Part shown: one piece after another, positions 12,701 to 24,884 of the stretch
Position numbering within the stretch: position 1 is the first letter of the stretch
Layout: each line of letters opens with the position of its first letter
Assembly: GCA_002189035.1 (NCBI GenBank)
Contig: NEEC01000015.1
Coordinates: 2,108,001-2,172,000, forward strand
Length of the DNA: 64,000 nucleotides
From: Utricularia gibba
Lineage: Eukaryota; Plantae; Magnoliophyta
Direction of reading: 5' to 3'
Notes under the pieces: generated by a model
Seen by the model: the letters and a program-made list of their open reading frames with translations, nothing else
Database searches by the model: none
Told to the model about the DNA's origin: nothing
Program-made: the position numbers and the translations under genes

Positions 12701-15700
12701 TTTCCTCGCTTCCTGTTGTAGGTATCTTTTTTCTCAGGAATAATTTATCTGTGCACTCACCCCACATCAACGCCTTTCCCTTGTAGAGGTCATTGGTAAA
12801 AATCCATCTGTTCTGTCAATTTGAGTTATGATTTGTTGGTTTAAAACTCCTTTTGAAATGAGTAGCTTCACTGAATATGCAACTGAACCTGTGCGCTCAT
12901 TTATTTTTGAAGCATGTGTAATTGAAATGGGACCAGAGCTTAAAGCTGTTGAAATTGGAAAAGCAACAGTGCATATGATTCTCGTAGATGTTAAACAAAT
13001 TGCCATTATCATGGGCCTCGTCTTGTACCATATTTTCTACTATGAACCTTTAAGTTTCACACAGATTCTACTATGTAATAAATAAATTTACTAATTTTGG
13101 TGGAAAAAAAGGAAATGGAATCCGATGAAAATAAACTCAGGGAAAACCCGTCTCAACAAGTACCTACTTTTTTGTTATTGATACTTAACTGATGTTTTAT
13201 CATTTTTACGTTCGTCTTATCTTTTTTTTTCCTTGATGCTATTTTCAGGCAGAGCTGCAGCTGAACTTCCAGAAAAGAAGGGGCCATGGTGTATTATCTG
13301 TTATTTGTCCGAAATTCAGTGGTTTATTGGGTGAGGCGCTGGATGTGGCTGCCAGATGGAGCGGGGACGTGGTTAGTACTTTTCCCTTGGCATTCGTTGT
13401 ATCTTCGTTAACAAGGAGAGTGAAAGCTTATGTAGCATGGGCTATTTTTTTGGTCTTAGATAGTCATGTCTCCAGTTTTGAATGACTTAAGACATTTAAG
13501 CTAACGCATAAGTAGTACTGCCGTCCATCATCTGGTTTATGGTTGGTAACATTTTAGGTCACTGTTGAAAGAGCCACACTAGAGCAAATCAACAGCAAAT
13601 ATGAATTACAAGGGGAGTATGTATTTCCTGGATTTCGGGATCGTAGTCCTGCAGGAAGGGATAAAGGTAGTTTGTTCCATAAAGTTATGACGGGGTATCT
13701 CGGTAGTGTGATCTCTTCCATGGGAAGATGGAGAATGAGACTAGAGGTGCCTCATGCTGAGATAGCTGAGATGCTTCCATTAGCCAGGCTTCTTTCTCGA
13801 AGTTCTGATCCTGCTGTTCAATCCAGATCAAAGGTTGTGCTTCATGATGAATGGCACCTCATAGATGATTGATATGGCATGGCCAATCGCAAAGAATACT
13901 CAAGTTTGTGCCAGCATTTTTGACGTGTGAGCTTTTTTGTGGATTGCAGGACCTTTTCATACAAAGTTTGCAATCAATTGGAGTATCTGCTGAAAGCGTT
14001 CAAAAACTTCTTGAGGTATGCTTAAGTTGGAGCATCTTGTTTGCTGTCTTCTTCTTTTTCTTCTTCATTTTAGTTATTACACTTAGCATCTTAGTATAAT
14101 AATTCTTGAAGGAAATTCGTGGTCATTGTGCTGAAGAAAATGAAGTTGTGCTCGATGATATCAACCTTCCAGGTTTGGCTGAACTTAAGGGTCGTTGGGG
14201 TGGTTCATTAGATGCTAGTGGAGGAGGAAATGGGGATACAGCAGTAAGTCTCACTTCATAAATTACCAAATGAGATTGCTATTCATTCTCAAATTAACGT
14301 TTGACCACTGAACGTTTAACTAGGAGATTTCTCTCTCTTTTTTTTTTTTTTTTTGAAATCTTAGTCAGATAAGTGAAATTTGTTTGACTCCGCTTTGTTC
14401 CTACTTCAGGCAGAGTTTGATTTTAATGGGGAGGAATGGGAGTGGGGTATGTATACAACCCAGCGCATCCAGGCTGCTGGCATATATTGCAATAATGATG
14501 GTCTGCGTCTTGAGAAAATGTTCATCCAAAAGGATAATGCAACTGTTCATGCTGATGGAATCTTAGGGCCAAAGACAAATTTACATTTTGCTGTTCTTAA
14601 TTTTCCAGTCAGTTTGGTTCCTACTCTAGTTCAGGTTATAGAAAATTCCGCAAATGAAGTGGATCACTCTTTGAGAGAGTTGTTGGCACCTATCAGGGGC
14701 ATTTTGCACATGGAAGGTGATCTTAAAGGAAATCTTGCAAAACCTGAATGTGATGTTCAAGTGCGGCTCTTGGATGGGGCAGTGGGTGGGATCGAGCTTG
14801 GAAGGGCTGAGATTGTTGCGTCTTTAACTCCGGCAAGCCGTTTCCTATTTAATGCAAAATTTGAGCCTGTAGTTCAAAATGGTCATGTCCATATTCAAGG
14901 AAGTATCCCTCTAACCCTGGTAAAGAACAATGTTTCTGAGGAAGAAGAATCTGAAATGGATCGAAATGAGGCTACATGGGTTCGAGGCTGGGATTTGGAA
15001 CGAAGTAAAGCATCCTCGGATGAGTCTAATGATAGAAAGGGGGCCAGAGAAAGGAATCAAGAGGTCTGGGATACACAGTTGGCTGAGACCCTCAGGGGTC
15101 TGAACTGGAATGTCTTAGATGCAGGAGAGGTGAGGATTGATGCTGATGTTAAGGATGGTGGCATGATGTTGCTAACAGCATTATCACCTTATGCTAATTG
15201 GATGCATGGGAATGCAGAGGTCATGCTTCAGGTAGTACATTTTGCATTCGTTATTTTTTTTTTTTTTTGTAAACGTAAGATGGTAATGCTGGAGTTCTTT
15301 TTTGATATATATATTTTTGGTGCTACACCGAACTCGATTTTTTTCAGGTAAGGGGCACCGTCGAACAGCCAATGGTAGATGGATCTGCCTACTTTAACAG
15401 GGCAACAGTTTCTTCACCTGTCCTTAGGAAACCTGTAACTAATGTTGGAGGCACTGTTCTTATATATTCAAATCTATTACGTGCCTCTTTGGAGGGGAGA
15501 ACCAGCAGAAAGGGAAAACTCTTTGCAAAAGGAAATCTACCGCTTTTTACAAATGAAGCATCACTAGGTGACAAACTTGACTTGAAGTGTGAGTTCCTGG
15601 AAGTTCGTGCTAGGAATCTCTTAAGGTACTCTTTTTATTTTATTATTGTTATCATATTCATGATATTCTTTGTAATTTAAACAAGTTTTGGGTTATGAAA

Positions 15701-17403
15701 GTGGTCAGGTAGATTCCCGGTTGCAAATAACTGGCTCCATCATGCAACCCAACATCTCAGGGAAGATTAAGATAAGCCAAGGAGAGGGCTATCTTCCTCA
15801 TGACAAGGGTAATGGAGCTCCGTTTAATAGGAGTGCCACGAATAAATCTACTTTATCTTCCAGAGGTTACAGTCGTATGGCTGCATCGAAGTATGTCTCA
15901 CGAATTCTCAACCTAAGACCCCATTCATCAAATGAAATTCTCCACAGATCACCTGGTAAGGCAGATGCTTTAAAAAATTGTAGCATGCCAAAAGCATATG
16001 AGTGCAGTATATATTAGCACTTACTATATAAATTACCTTGGGAATTGATGCATGATTAGGTTTTCGATTTCCATATATCTTTAGCCACACAAGCTGAGTT
16101 CCTAATGTGTTGGTGATTCATCCATTTTATTAGATGTACGTGAAAATGTTGAAAAGGAGATGTCACCATTAAGCAGTAAGCCGAACCTGGATATCCGCCT
16201 CACCGACTTGAGGATTGCTCTTGGTCCTGAACTGAGGATAGTTTACCCTTTGATACTTAATTTTGCTGTCAGCGGAGAGCTTGAATTGAATGGTCCTGCT
16301 AATCCGAAATTGATAAAGCCGAAAGGTGTTTTAACATTTGAAAATGGGGATGTGAATCTCGTTGCTACTCAGGTAAGCTATTAAGGACCAATAGTAGCGT
16401 TAATTTAGATTCTCAATCTATGCTTAATTTTTTTTTGTTTTTTTCTTGTTCTAGGTGAGACTCAAGAGAGAGCATCTGAATGTAGCCAAGTTCGAGCCTG
16501 AGAATGGTGTTGATCCAGTGCTGGATTTAGCCCTTGTAGGGTCTGAATGGCAGTTTCGAATTCAAGGTCGAGCGAGCAAATGGCAGGAAAAATTAGTAGT
16601 CACCTCGACACGTTCAGTTGAGCAGGACGTGCTCTCAACAACTGAGGTAACGTAGGCGATGTGTAACTGAGATTTCAAGGGTGTGTTGGTCCGGAACGTA
16701 TAGTGAAGTAGTATACGTCATATATTTTGCCTGATCTACATGTATGGTATGTTGTTTTCATGCATATACAGGCTGCTAAAGTCTTTGAAAGTCAACTGGC
16801 TGAATCAATCTTGGAAGGGGATGGCCGGCTTGCATTCAAAAAGCTTGCCACTGCAACACTGGAGACACTGATGCCAAGGATCGAGGGCAAGGGAGAATTT
16901 GGGCAGGCTCGGTGGAGGCTTGTTTACGCTCCTCAGATCCCAAGTTTGCTTTCATTAGATTCCACTGCTGATCCTCTCAAATCCCTGGCTAGCAATATCT
17001 CAATTGGAACGGAAGTTGAAGTTCAGCTTGGAAAACGGCTTCAGGTTATCCAACCTTCACCAAATTATCTTACATCTACTCTTTATTCTTCAATAGAGCG
17101 TGGCAGATCCGGTTTTCTGAGTTGCCTTTAGCCCATCTGTCCTTTTCATTGGGATCTTAGTAGTTAAATTTAGTGTGGGCTTGTTCTTTCACGAGTTTTA
17201 ACAACCAGAGTTACATACTCTTAACTTTTCCTTTTGTATTCCTTTGCATTCTTTAGGCTTCTGTAGTTAGGCAGATGAAGGACTCCGAGATGGCTATGCA
17301 CTGGACACTAATTTACCAGCTTACAAGCCGTTTGCGAGTGCTTCTTCAGTCATCACCCTCCAAACGCCTCCTATTTGAGTACTCAACTACTTCTCAAGAT
17401 TAA
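6722..17403 (+). CDS. TIC236: TIC236/EMB2410, TamB-like (DUF490) chloroplast inner-envelope translocon component; 24 coding exons
   Basis: Exon 1 (6722-8434) has YGQSKAKVYIESKLLPSVC and EFSCAEVPTMKLRIHPFSSLRRGK. Downstream exons read by eye join in frame (e.g. FVLDSVYFKGGTLMLLGYGD, GEARWRLVYAPQIP-like segment). Ends KRLLFEYSTTSQD*, TAA 17401-17403. Alternative in-frame ATG at 6704. Confidence 0.95.
9424..9459. repeat. Compound (TA)n/(TTTA)n microsatellite in a TIC236 intron
   Basis: TTATATATATATATATATATTTATTTATTTATTTAT read directly. Confidence 0.8.
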
Positions 17404-18146
17404 AGCAGCATCTGCAACTTTTTGAGAAGCTATTGAGGAGAAAACAAGGCAGCAGTATCCAAGGAACCTCGCCCTGCTTCAGAGTATCATTTCCCAATTT
17501 AGGAATATGATGAATTTAAGCTCCCCAAGACAGCAAACTAAAGTTAGTGCGGTACTGTTTATTAGTTACCAGTTTTTCATGTTTCTACTTCAAAAAGCTA
17601 GGAACTTGAAATCTTCTCTCTTTTCCAAGCCATTTTTCAACAATTGTAATTAAATTGATGTAAATAGCAACTGATTGCTTAGTCGTTGTACATGAAATTC
17701 TATTCTTTACTGGTCGGTACTCTTTGCTGTGTTCTACTCATTGTTCACTAATTTTTCATGAGAAGAACACTCAGATTTCCATGAAATTAAGACTGAGAAG
17801 GCAGCAAGCAGGTGGGGTGCAATATTGTAAGTTGCTACAAAAATTTTGTTCAAGTTCTGCAGTGCTGTTTGGAACAAACAATGTCAAGTAACAACCTTGC
17901 AGCCATCAGCCAGCCAGTAGTTAGCTGCAACTCAGATTGATTTCTAATGTTTTATGAATAACCCGCAGTTTCTGATCAGCATAACTGTTTCCTTGTACAG
18001 CTTATGGATATCGCATTAGTCAAGGATGAGCGATTGATGAAGGCCGGTAAAAATGGATGAACAAAGAATGAGGACAATAGCCATCCTCGGATGCTTGTCA
18101 TGAACTCAGTGACAGTTAAGAATGTCCATCGTTTGAGGGGATCTTG

Positions 18147-20546
18147 TTAGGATTGGAATAGGGACTGAACTGGTCGTGAAGAGGTCAGAGTCGAAACCTC
18201 CTTGAACTGTTGGAACAAGGAGAATGTGTTAAATGGGCAAGAATATGGACCCAGAGGTAGCGCTATGCATGACAAAAGCATGGCAGCATGATTTTACCTT
18301 GAGCTGCTTGTACTTCTCACGGATAGCATTGAGGGTGCATTTTTTGGTGTTCAGCTGTAAATCTTGCAATTCAGCAACCGGGTTCTGCAGCTCTGTGGTC
18401 TTGTATCTGGTGTAATACTCCATCGTCTTGTTCTGCAAAAAGTTAGGAATCATTTTTGCTAGTGAATCAGAAATCTTCCGAACATGGTATGAAGATGAGA
18501 GAAACCAAACCCATGGATGGTATGACTGGTCTAGTGTCCATCTGGCTAGAAAAACAGCAGATGCAGCAACCAGAGATGGAAGAAACTTGAGGAAACTGTA
18601 CTCAGGTAGTGTTAGTTCTGCTAAATAATTTGCCAAAAATTCCAACTCCACAGAAGGAACCTGAGTAGAAGAGTAACTGGTTCGTGATGAAAGAGGATTT
18701 CATCAACAACCTGATAGCGGTGATACTGCTAACTAAATCTACCTCATAGAAGACTTGTGCAGCTTGAATAAATCTCCTAGTTGCGTCATTGAAAGAATGT
18801 TACCAGGTGAAGAACGAAATAATTGGTGAAAATCAGATGTCATGGAGTATACCTGAGGAACTTTTTTGTAGTTGGAACAGATAATTGAAATCGTACAAAG
18901 CTGAGAACTTGTCTCTCCATGCTCACTACCTGCACATTCACCACCATAAATATGCTGCTCTGGACCACCAAATAGCCCAGTATTCATTCTTAAGTGACTG
19001 CGCGCACCTCTTCTTTCGAATAGGTGCTGTCAGTGATAAAGCAGAATTCTTCTACTCGGGGTGCACATATTTCTTCATACTTCCTTCTCAGACCATGAAC
19101 AACAACAAGGTGAAATAAAAATACAGTGATCTCGAGTTTTACACATTTCTTCATCTAAACTTACGAAGAAATGAACATGCAGGTTACACCAAGGAGTTGC
19201 AACTTCTGCTTCTCCATGTAGTTCTTTGACAAGTATCTATCTATAAGATTCACAGCAAGGTAGAGCGTATCAGGAACCAGCCTATACTCTTCAGAGACCT
19301 GAAAAAAAAATGGTGATAATGTACATGAAGCCTTATTCAGGTTAAGAAGAGAGTTAGAAGCGGCAAACACCATAGAACCTACGCCGCAACTCTAGGTAAG
19401 CATGAAATATTCTAACTGGTGAATGGTGAATGATTACCATACCTCAACTAGCCAATCAATCAGAATTCCCCGCATGCTCTTAGTTATGTCTCTCTGCAGC
19501 TTCTCCATGTAATCAGTCAAGGGCCTCTGATCAACCTAGATAAAACAAGGTTGTTTCTAGTTTCCACCTGTCACTAAAAACAACTGAAAAATGTTAAAAA
19601 TATTTAAGTTTTGTAGAAACAAACCTCTTTAGCGAAAATATTGTTGTACATCTCAGCTGCATACTGACTACACATCTGCGGATTGTTGCTTTTTTTATCT
19701 ATATCAACAATGCCCCTATCTTCAATGTTCTCTAGCATCCTCCAGAGATTATCATGTTCTGAATCATTGGTAAAATAATTAGAGAGATACAAAATCATTT
19801 CTTTCTTGAGATCACGCTTGATTTAAAGGATAAAGAGTTTTCTGTAAAAGAATGTATCCACCATCCACCGTAGCTGTCAGCGACACATGTTTACTAGCAT
19901 TTGAGTTGGCAGGGATGATCGCTATTGTTGGCATCCTTAGGGCGCTGGATTCGAAATCATGTGTTGAGTTGGTTGTAGAGCTCATTTCCTGTGATTCCTC
20001 CTCTGACTTTTTACTTTCTTCCAGTTCCTTATGCCTTCTGGGTTCTGGAACATCAGCAGCCTTGGTAAAACAAAAGCACGCAGGCTTTCCTTTCTTCTGT
20101 GAGGAGTCTCTGTCAACCTCCCTGTAAGGCTGGAACAAGCAGCATCCATGTAGGCAAATAAAACAGTAACCAAAAAAGAAAGCAGCAAAATCACTAACTT
20201 AAAATTCTATGGTAAACATTGAGAATCAATCGACCATGAGATCTTGAACATGAGAAAAGTTTGAATGCATTACCGGGATCTTGGCCGCACCCCTAAGGCT
20301 GATTGACAGTTTACTACAAGTAACGTTTGTCAAGTCACTTAGAACAGCCCTTTTCTTCTGCCTACCGTGATCAGCAGCTGGATTTGAAGCTGCCCTTTTA
20401 CAGTCCCTTCGCAAGATTTGTTTGTTATCTTGCTGTGATGGATACAAAGGGGGTAATCCATCTGATGAGGCCAATGCTTTTGCACGCGCTCTTGTAACTC
20501 GCATCGCCGGCTTGATAAAATTGGAGGGTCTATTTTCAACATCCAT
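18147..20546 (-). CDS. CYCA2: A2-type cyclin, 11 coding exons
   Basis: [10 protein letters not shown] and destruction box RAVLSDLTN in exon 1; cyclin-box segments [57 protein letters not shown] and [13 protein letters not shown]; last exon [19 protein letters not shown] (TAA 18149-18147). Confidence 0.93.
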
Positions 20547-21591
20547 AGCTTTCCCCTCCAGGTTACAAAAGTTCCGGAGAAGCCAATTAGCATGCCATCA
20601 CCAAGCTGTAAACCCCTATGAAACTGCGTTTAAAGCCAAAAAGGCTGTCTTAAAATGGCGGTGCAGTAACATTCCAATCCACAAACACGTTCATCGTCAT
20701 CAAGCATCAAGATTTATTTCAACACAAATCAACAACAACACACACAATAAGGTCAGTAGTAAACCTCCCCACAGTCCCCCATTAACCAGAGTAAAAAAAA
20801 AAAACTCTAAATCCACTAATACTCCAGATGCCAAACATAACCAGATTTCAAATCAACAAAGCAACCCAGAAACAAAAAATCAAAGAAACAGAGCAGCCAA
20901 GCTCACACTTGCGCAGCCGAGCTCCAGCACCGCCTCTAAGTCCTCGATTTGCACAGATCCATCCTCTTCATAGAAAATACATACAATGTGCGTACAAATG
21001 GAGCTCAGAATTTTCAAGTTGGAATCTACAGAGAGTTTGTTTGTATACAAAAAATGAAGATGAGGAGCGGGCTGATGGCACAGTTCAAAACAAATACAGA
21101 TACATATGCTATCTCCACTCCCCTTCTACTATTGCCACGTCCCAAGTTAACTTTTTGTCCGAATTTTCTACGCCACGTGTCCTTAAATGGCCCGGTCAAA
21201 TCCAGCCTGCATCATTTGTTTGAATTTCTACATTCGTACTTGCACATTCTTGCATTTACCACGCACAATAAATTTAGGGCCCTTTCCGTAATTAACGCAA
21301 ATATTCAAAAAAAACATTTTTTAAATCTTTTAATAATAATATATTACCAATGAAATTACAGATTGAAGATTTTAAATTTAAAAAATAAATTTGAATTTAT
21401 GAAATATCAATAAATACATATATAATTAGTAAATTAAATGTCTTTAAAATTGCATAGGGTAAATACCAGAAATAGATATATTTAATTATTTATCTTTAAA
21501 AAATAAAAATAAAAAGGTTTTATTAATACAGAAAAAAGGGAATTCTACGTATTAAAGAAGAGAGAGGGCCCATTTCATTCTGGGCCCATAA

Positions 21592-22920
21592 CTAAGACTT
21601 ACTATTTAGGCCCTTTTCGCAGATCCCTCTTGCGGACGGCCCATCCCAATGGCTCGATCTGTTTATCGTCTTCTCAAGTTCTTGAATGCATCGGCTCATG
21701 CTCAAGCTCTCCACCTCTCTTCTGATGGCGGCGTACTTCTTCCCGGCAGCCTGATCGAAGTTCAGCTCCCACCCCTTCTCCCATTCCACATGCGAGTCGC
21801 AAATCTCCATGCGATCGCGCTGCCACTCGGCCTCCCGCCACCACCTCTCCGCTAGCACCATCCCCGGAACCGCACACGACCCGACGCAGATCGCGTTGCA
21901 GGGTCTGCAATAGGAGCCGTTCAGAGGGCCGGGGTTGGCCATCGAAACGACGGGTACGATCCGCCACTGCGGGGGGAAGTCCCATGTATGTTCCGTTACA
22001 ATGCACAGGGGGACACCGATTGCGGCGACTGGAACACCGAGGGTACTCAGTTGGGCACCGAAGGCGGACTCGGAATAAAGCCCGGAAAACCCAGCCGCCT
22101 GGAGGCGGGAAAGCGAGGAAAGCCTCGACAGTGCGATCACCGAAGTGTTGTAGTCGCCGACGCCAAACCGATCATTCAAACCACCGTAATTTGTACCCGC
22201 GGAGATCGTGTATTTACCCCGATTGAAGCTCTCCACACCCAAGGGATCCGACCAGTAGCTATCCACTCGCGTTCGAATGATCCAGTCGTACGTGAAGTTG
22301 TACTTTTTCTGGTGCGAGTCGATCAGCGTCAAGCATCCCTCCACCAGGTTGAAGTACTGCAACATGTTCTGTAAAAGAGGAGGCGACATACACAACAAGC
22401 TGATGAGAACACAGCGGATGTAATAAGCGTAATAAACATGCGCAGATTCAGACATCACCTGAAGATTATCCCTCATCATGACTTTGAGGATCGTCTCAGT
22501 CTCCGGTATCGGCTGCTGGTCGAATATCCGGGCACCGGTAATCCTCGGAGCCTCGTTCAGTAAGTAGAGCTTGTAGGAGTTGGAATCAAAGGGGCAATGC
22601 AGGAAAAGATCCGCATTCGGGTACACACGAAGGATCCGATCGATGATCGAAGGCCCGGTTAGTTCAAACCGCCGCACACCGCCGACCAAACACACAGCTA
22701 TCCTGGCATCCCCCAAAGGACCGGGAGAATGCCTCTGGCGGTCAGAGTCGGAGAAAGAGAACCTCAAGGGTAGAAAACCAGAAAGAAGATCCAAAGAGGA
22801 GGAGGTGAATAAAACCCCGACCAGAAACAAACCACCGAAGAGGAGGAGGAGGAGGAGGAGCGTGACTCGAGCGCCGCCGTGTATCAGAAACTTGGGAAAC
22901 TCGGCCATGGGAGTCTTCAT
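21592..22920 (-). CDS. Uncharacterised conserved plant protein with N-terminal membrane anchor (DUF7796-like); 2 exons, intron 22369-22458
   Basis: Hydrophobic N-terminus; recalled family motifs IAVCLVGGVRRFELTGPSI, LQYFNLVEGCL, WIIRTRVDSYW, GGLNDRFGVG and NGSYCRPC; CAG|GTGATG...TTTACAG| junctions. Start codon uncertain. Confidence 0.8.
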   Translation of the reverse strand: MKTPMAEFPKFLIHGGARVTLLLLLLLFGGLFLVGVLFTSSSLDLLSGFLPLRFSFSDSDRQRHSPGPLGDARIAVCLVGGVRRFELTGPSIIDRILRVYPNADLFLHCPFDSNSYKLYLLNEAPRITGARIFDQQPIPETETILKVMMRDNLQVMSESAHVYYAYYIRCVLISLLCMSPPLLQNMLQYFNLVEGCLTLIDSHQKKYNFTYDWIIRTRVDSYWSDPLGVESFNRGKYTISAGTNYGGLNDRFGVGDYNTSVIALSRLSSLSRLQAAGFSGLYSESAFGAQLSTLGVPVAAIGVPLCIVTEHTWDFPPQWRIVPVVSMANPGPLNGSYCRPCNAICVGSCAVPGMVLAERWWREAEWQRDRMEICDSHVEWEKGWELNFDQAAGKKYAAIRREVESLSMSRCIQELEKTINRSSHWDGPSARGICEKGLNSKS

Positions 22921-24196
22921 AGTGTTGACTGGTGCAACATGGGGAGACTATATCAGGGAATGTAGGAGGGAAGTCAATGCAACTAAGGCGATCCCTCTCC
23001 ATTATCACGCAGGATGGGCCGGCCAATCACCAGAGCCCGCCTACTCAATACGTGTTATTAATGGGTAATTAACCGACCTTCTGAGTTTCAGTTACAAGAT
23101 TCAGCACATTTTTTTGAATGGTAAAATGCAAATACGAAAAATACGATTATATTAATAATTAGTTATATATATATTTGTGTGGATATGGAAAATCGATGTT
23201 TAAATGGTCAACAAAAAAATGTAATCCGATTGTAGAAACATTTTTAAAAATATTTTTAAATCGTAATTGAATCGTTTTTTTTTTTTACAAAAAAACATTA
23301 AATCATAGTTAAATCACGATTTTGGATTCTAAATGAATTCAAATGTAACCCAAATTCTTTCATAAATAATTAATGATTCAATTACAATTTTTTAAACACT
23401 AGATAAAGCATTGATAGAGGAACTAAGTTGTACTGCATTTCATTTTCAAACCCTAATTTATTAGGATTTGAGAATTATTGTTAATTGAATTAAATCCCCT
23501 GATTCAGCCTCCTATTTCTAGGGGTTTACTTTAAGGGGAATGGTGACTCATATTAGAAAAAAATATAGATTCTCTTTTATGATATATATATATAATTTTA
23601 TTCATTTTATAAGTGATGTAATTTAAAACCAATAATAAAAATGGTATTAATAGATTTTTAAGTTATCCAAAACATTCATATTTTCATTTTCAATTGATTT
23701 TAAAGCTTAAATTTCATTCAAGCAGAATGTCATCGATCTTACACAATTCATTTTATATAGTAAAACGAATCAATCAAATTCTTCATATATTTTACATATT
23801 GTAGTAGCTACTTGCAACATACATACAGGCCTTTTTAATAATTCTATATTTGATTAAATTCGTTATGTTAAAATTAAAGATTTAATGAATCGAACAAATA
23901 CATATGAAATTTAAATATATATAAAAAAATATGAATAACATTAAAAAAGATTAAATTTAATCAATTACTATTAATATATAATTTATTATATATTTAACTA
24001 TTTGAATGTGATGTTATGAATACATAAATGTTTGTTTTAATAAATTAGTGTATGGAATTGAGTGAATAGGAGGAAGGGGAGTTGGAGTTATGAGGGGTAT
24101 AATAAAGTTGAGGCGAAGCAGAATGAAGGAAGTGCAGAGGGGTCTGGGAGCACATTAATGATCATGGAGTAGGAAGTAATGGTGATCCATGCTGGC

Positions 24197-24217
24197 TATC
24201 TATCTATCTATCTATCT
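24197..24217. repeat. (TATC)n microsatellite
   Basis: TATCTATCTATCTATCTATCT read directly. Confidence 0.85.
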
Positions 24218-24884
24218 AGTATGGATGGCATGGCATCAGTGGGAGTCAATGAGAGCAGTGCAGTGCAGTGGGGGTGCAGGTGGCGTCACTGTGACGAAGC
24301 TCCTTCAATTCCATTACACTGCATTGCATCCCAATGTTGCGTGTGACGACTACCTGGGAGTGGGTGGGCGCTTCTGAGCTGAACTCTGACCCTGGCCTGC
24401 CCATCATGCTATTGCTCTTCTTCTCCCTCGCTCGCTCGTTCTTACCAGGATAACCGCTGCTTTCACCGCAGAGACTGCAGTTCTCGAGAGGAGGATCCCT
24501 TCCCATTCCCATTCCCAGATGCACAACCTCATTTAGAAATGGACGCTTTTCTAATACACTCCAACCGCATCCCCCTCTGATGCCTCCTTAGGGATTCATG
24601 GGTAGTAATAGATTAAGCATCTTTGTATAGTAATTATGAAAATCAATAATTCATAATCAAATATTATTTAATTGAAATAAATATCATGATAAGGTTATTA
24701 ATGTTGTGATTCGAATTCCAAGATAGCGAGTAGGGAACACGCATTCATTTAAGTTTTTATTCCTTTTGAAGTGACAATAAATGGCGGATTTGGAGTGATA
24801 TTTCCACGTCACTGACAGGGCCGCCCACACAAAACTGAACAATTTACACAAGGGATAGATGAGAAAGAAAGATTAGGACAAAAA

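Noticed and set aside
23050-24050. Very AT-rich 1-kb block (also 37140-37600 and 61950-62830) as transposons
   Set aside because: No terminal inverted repeats, target-site duplications or coding remnants visible; treated as spacer
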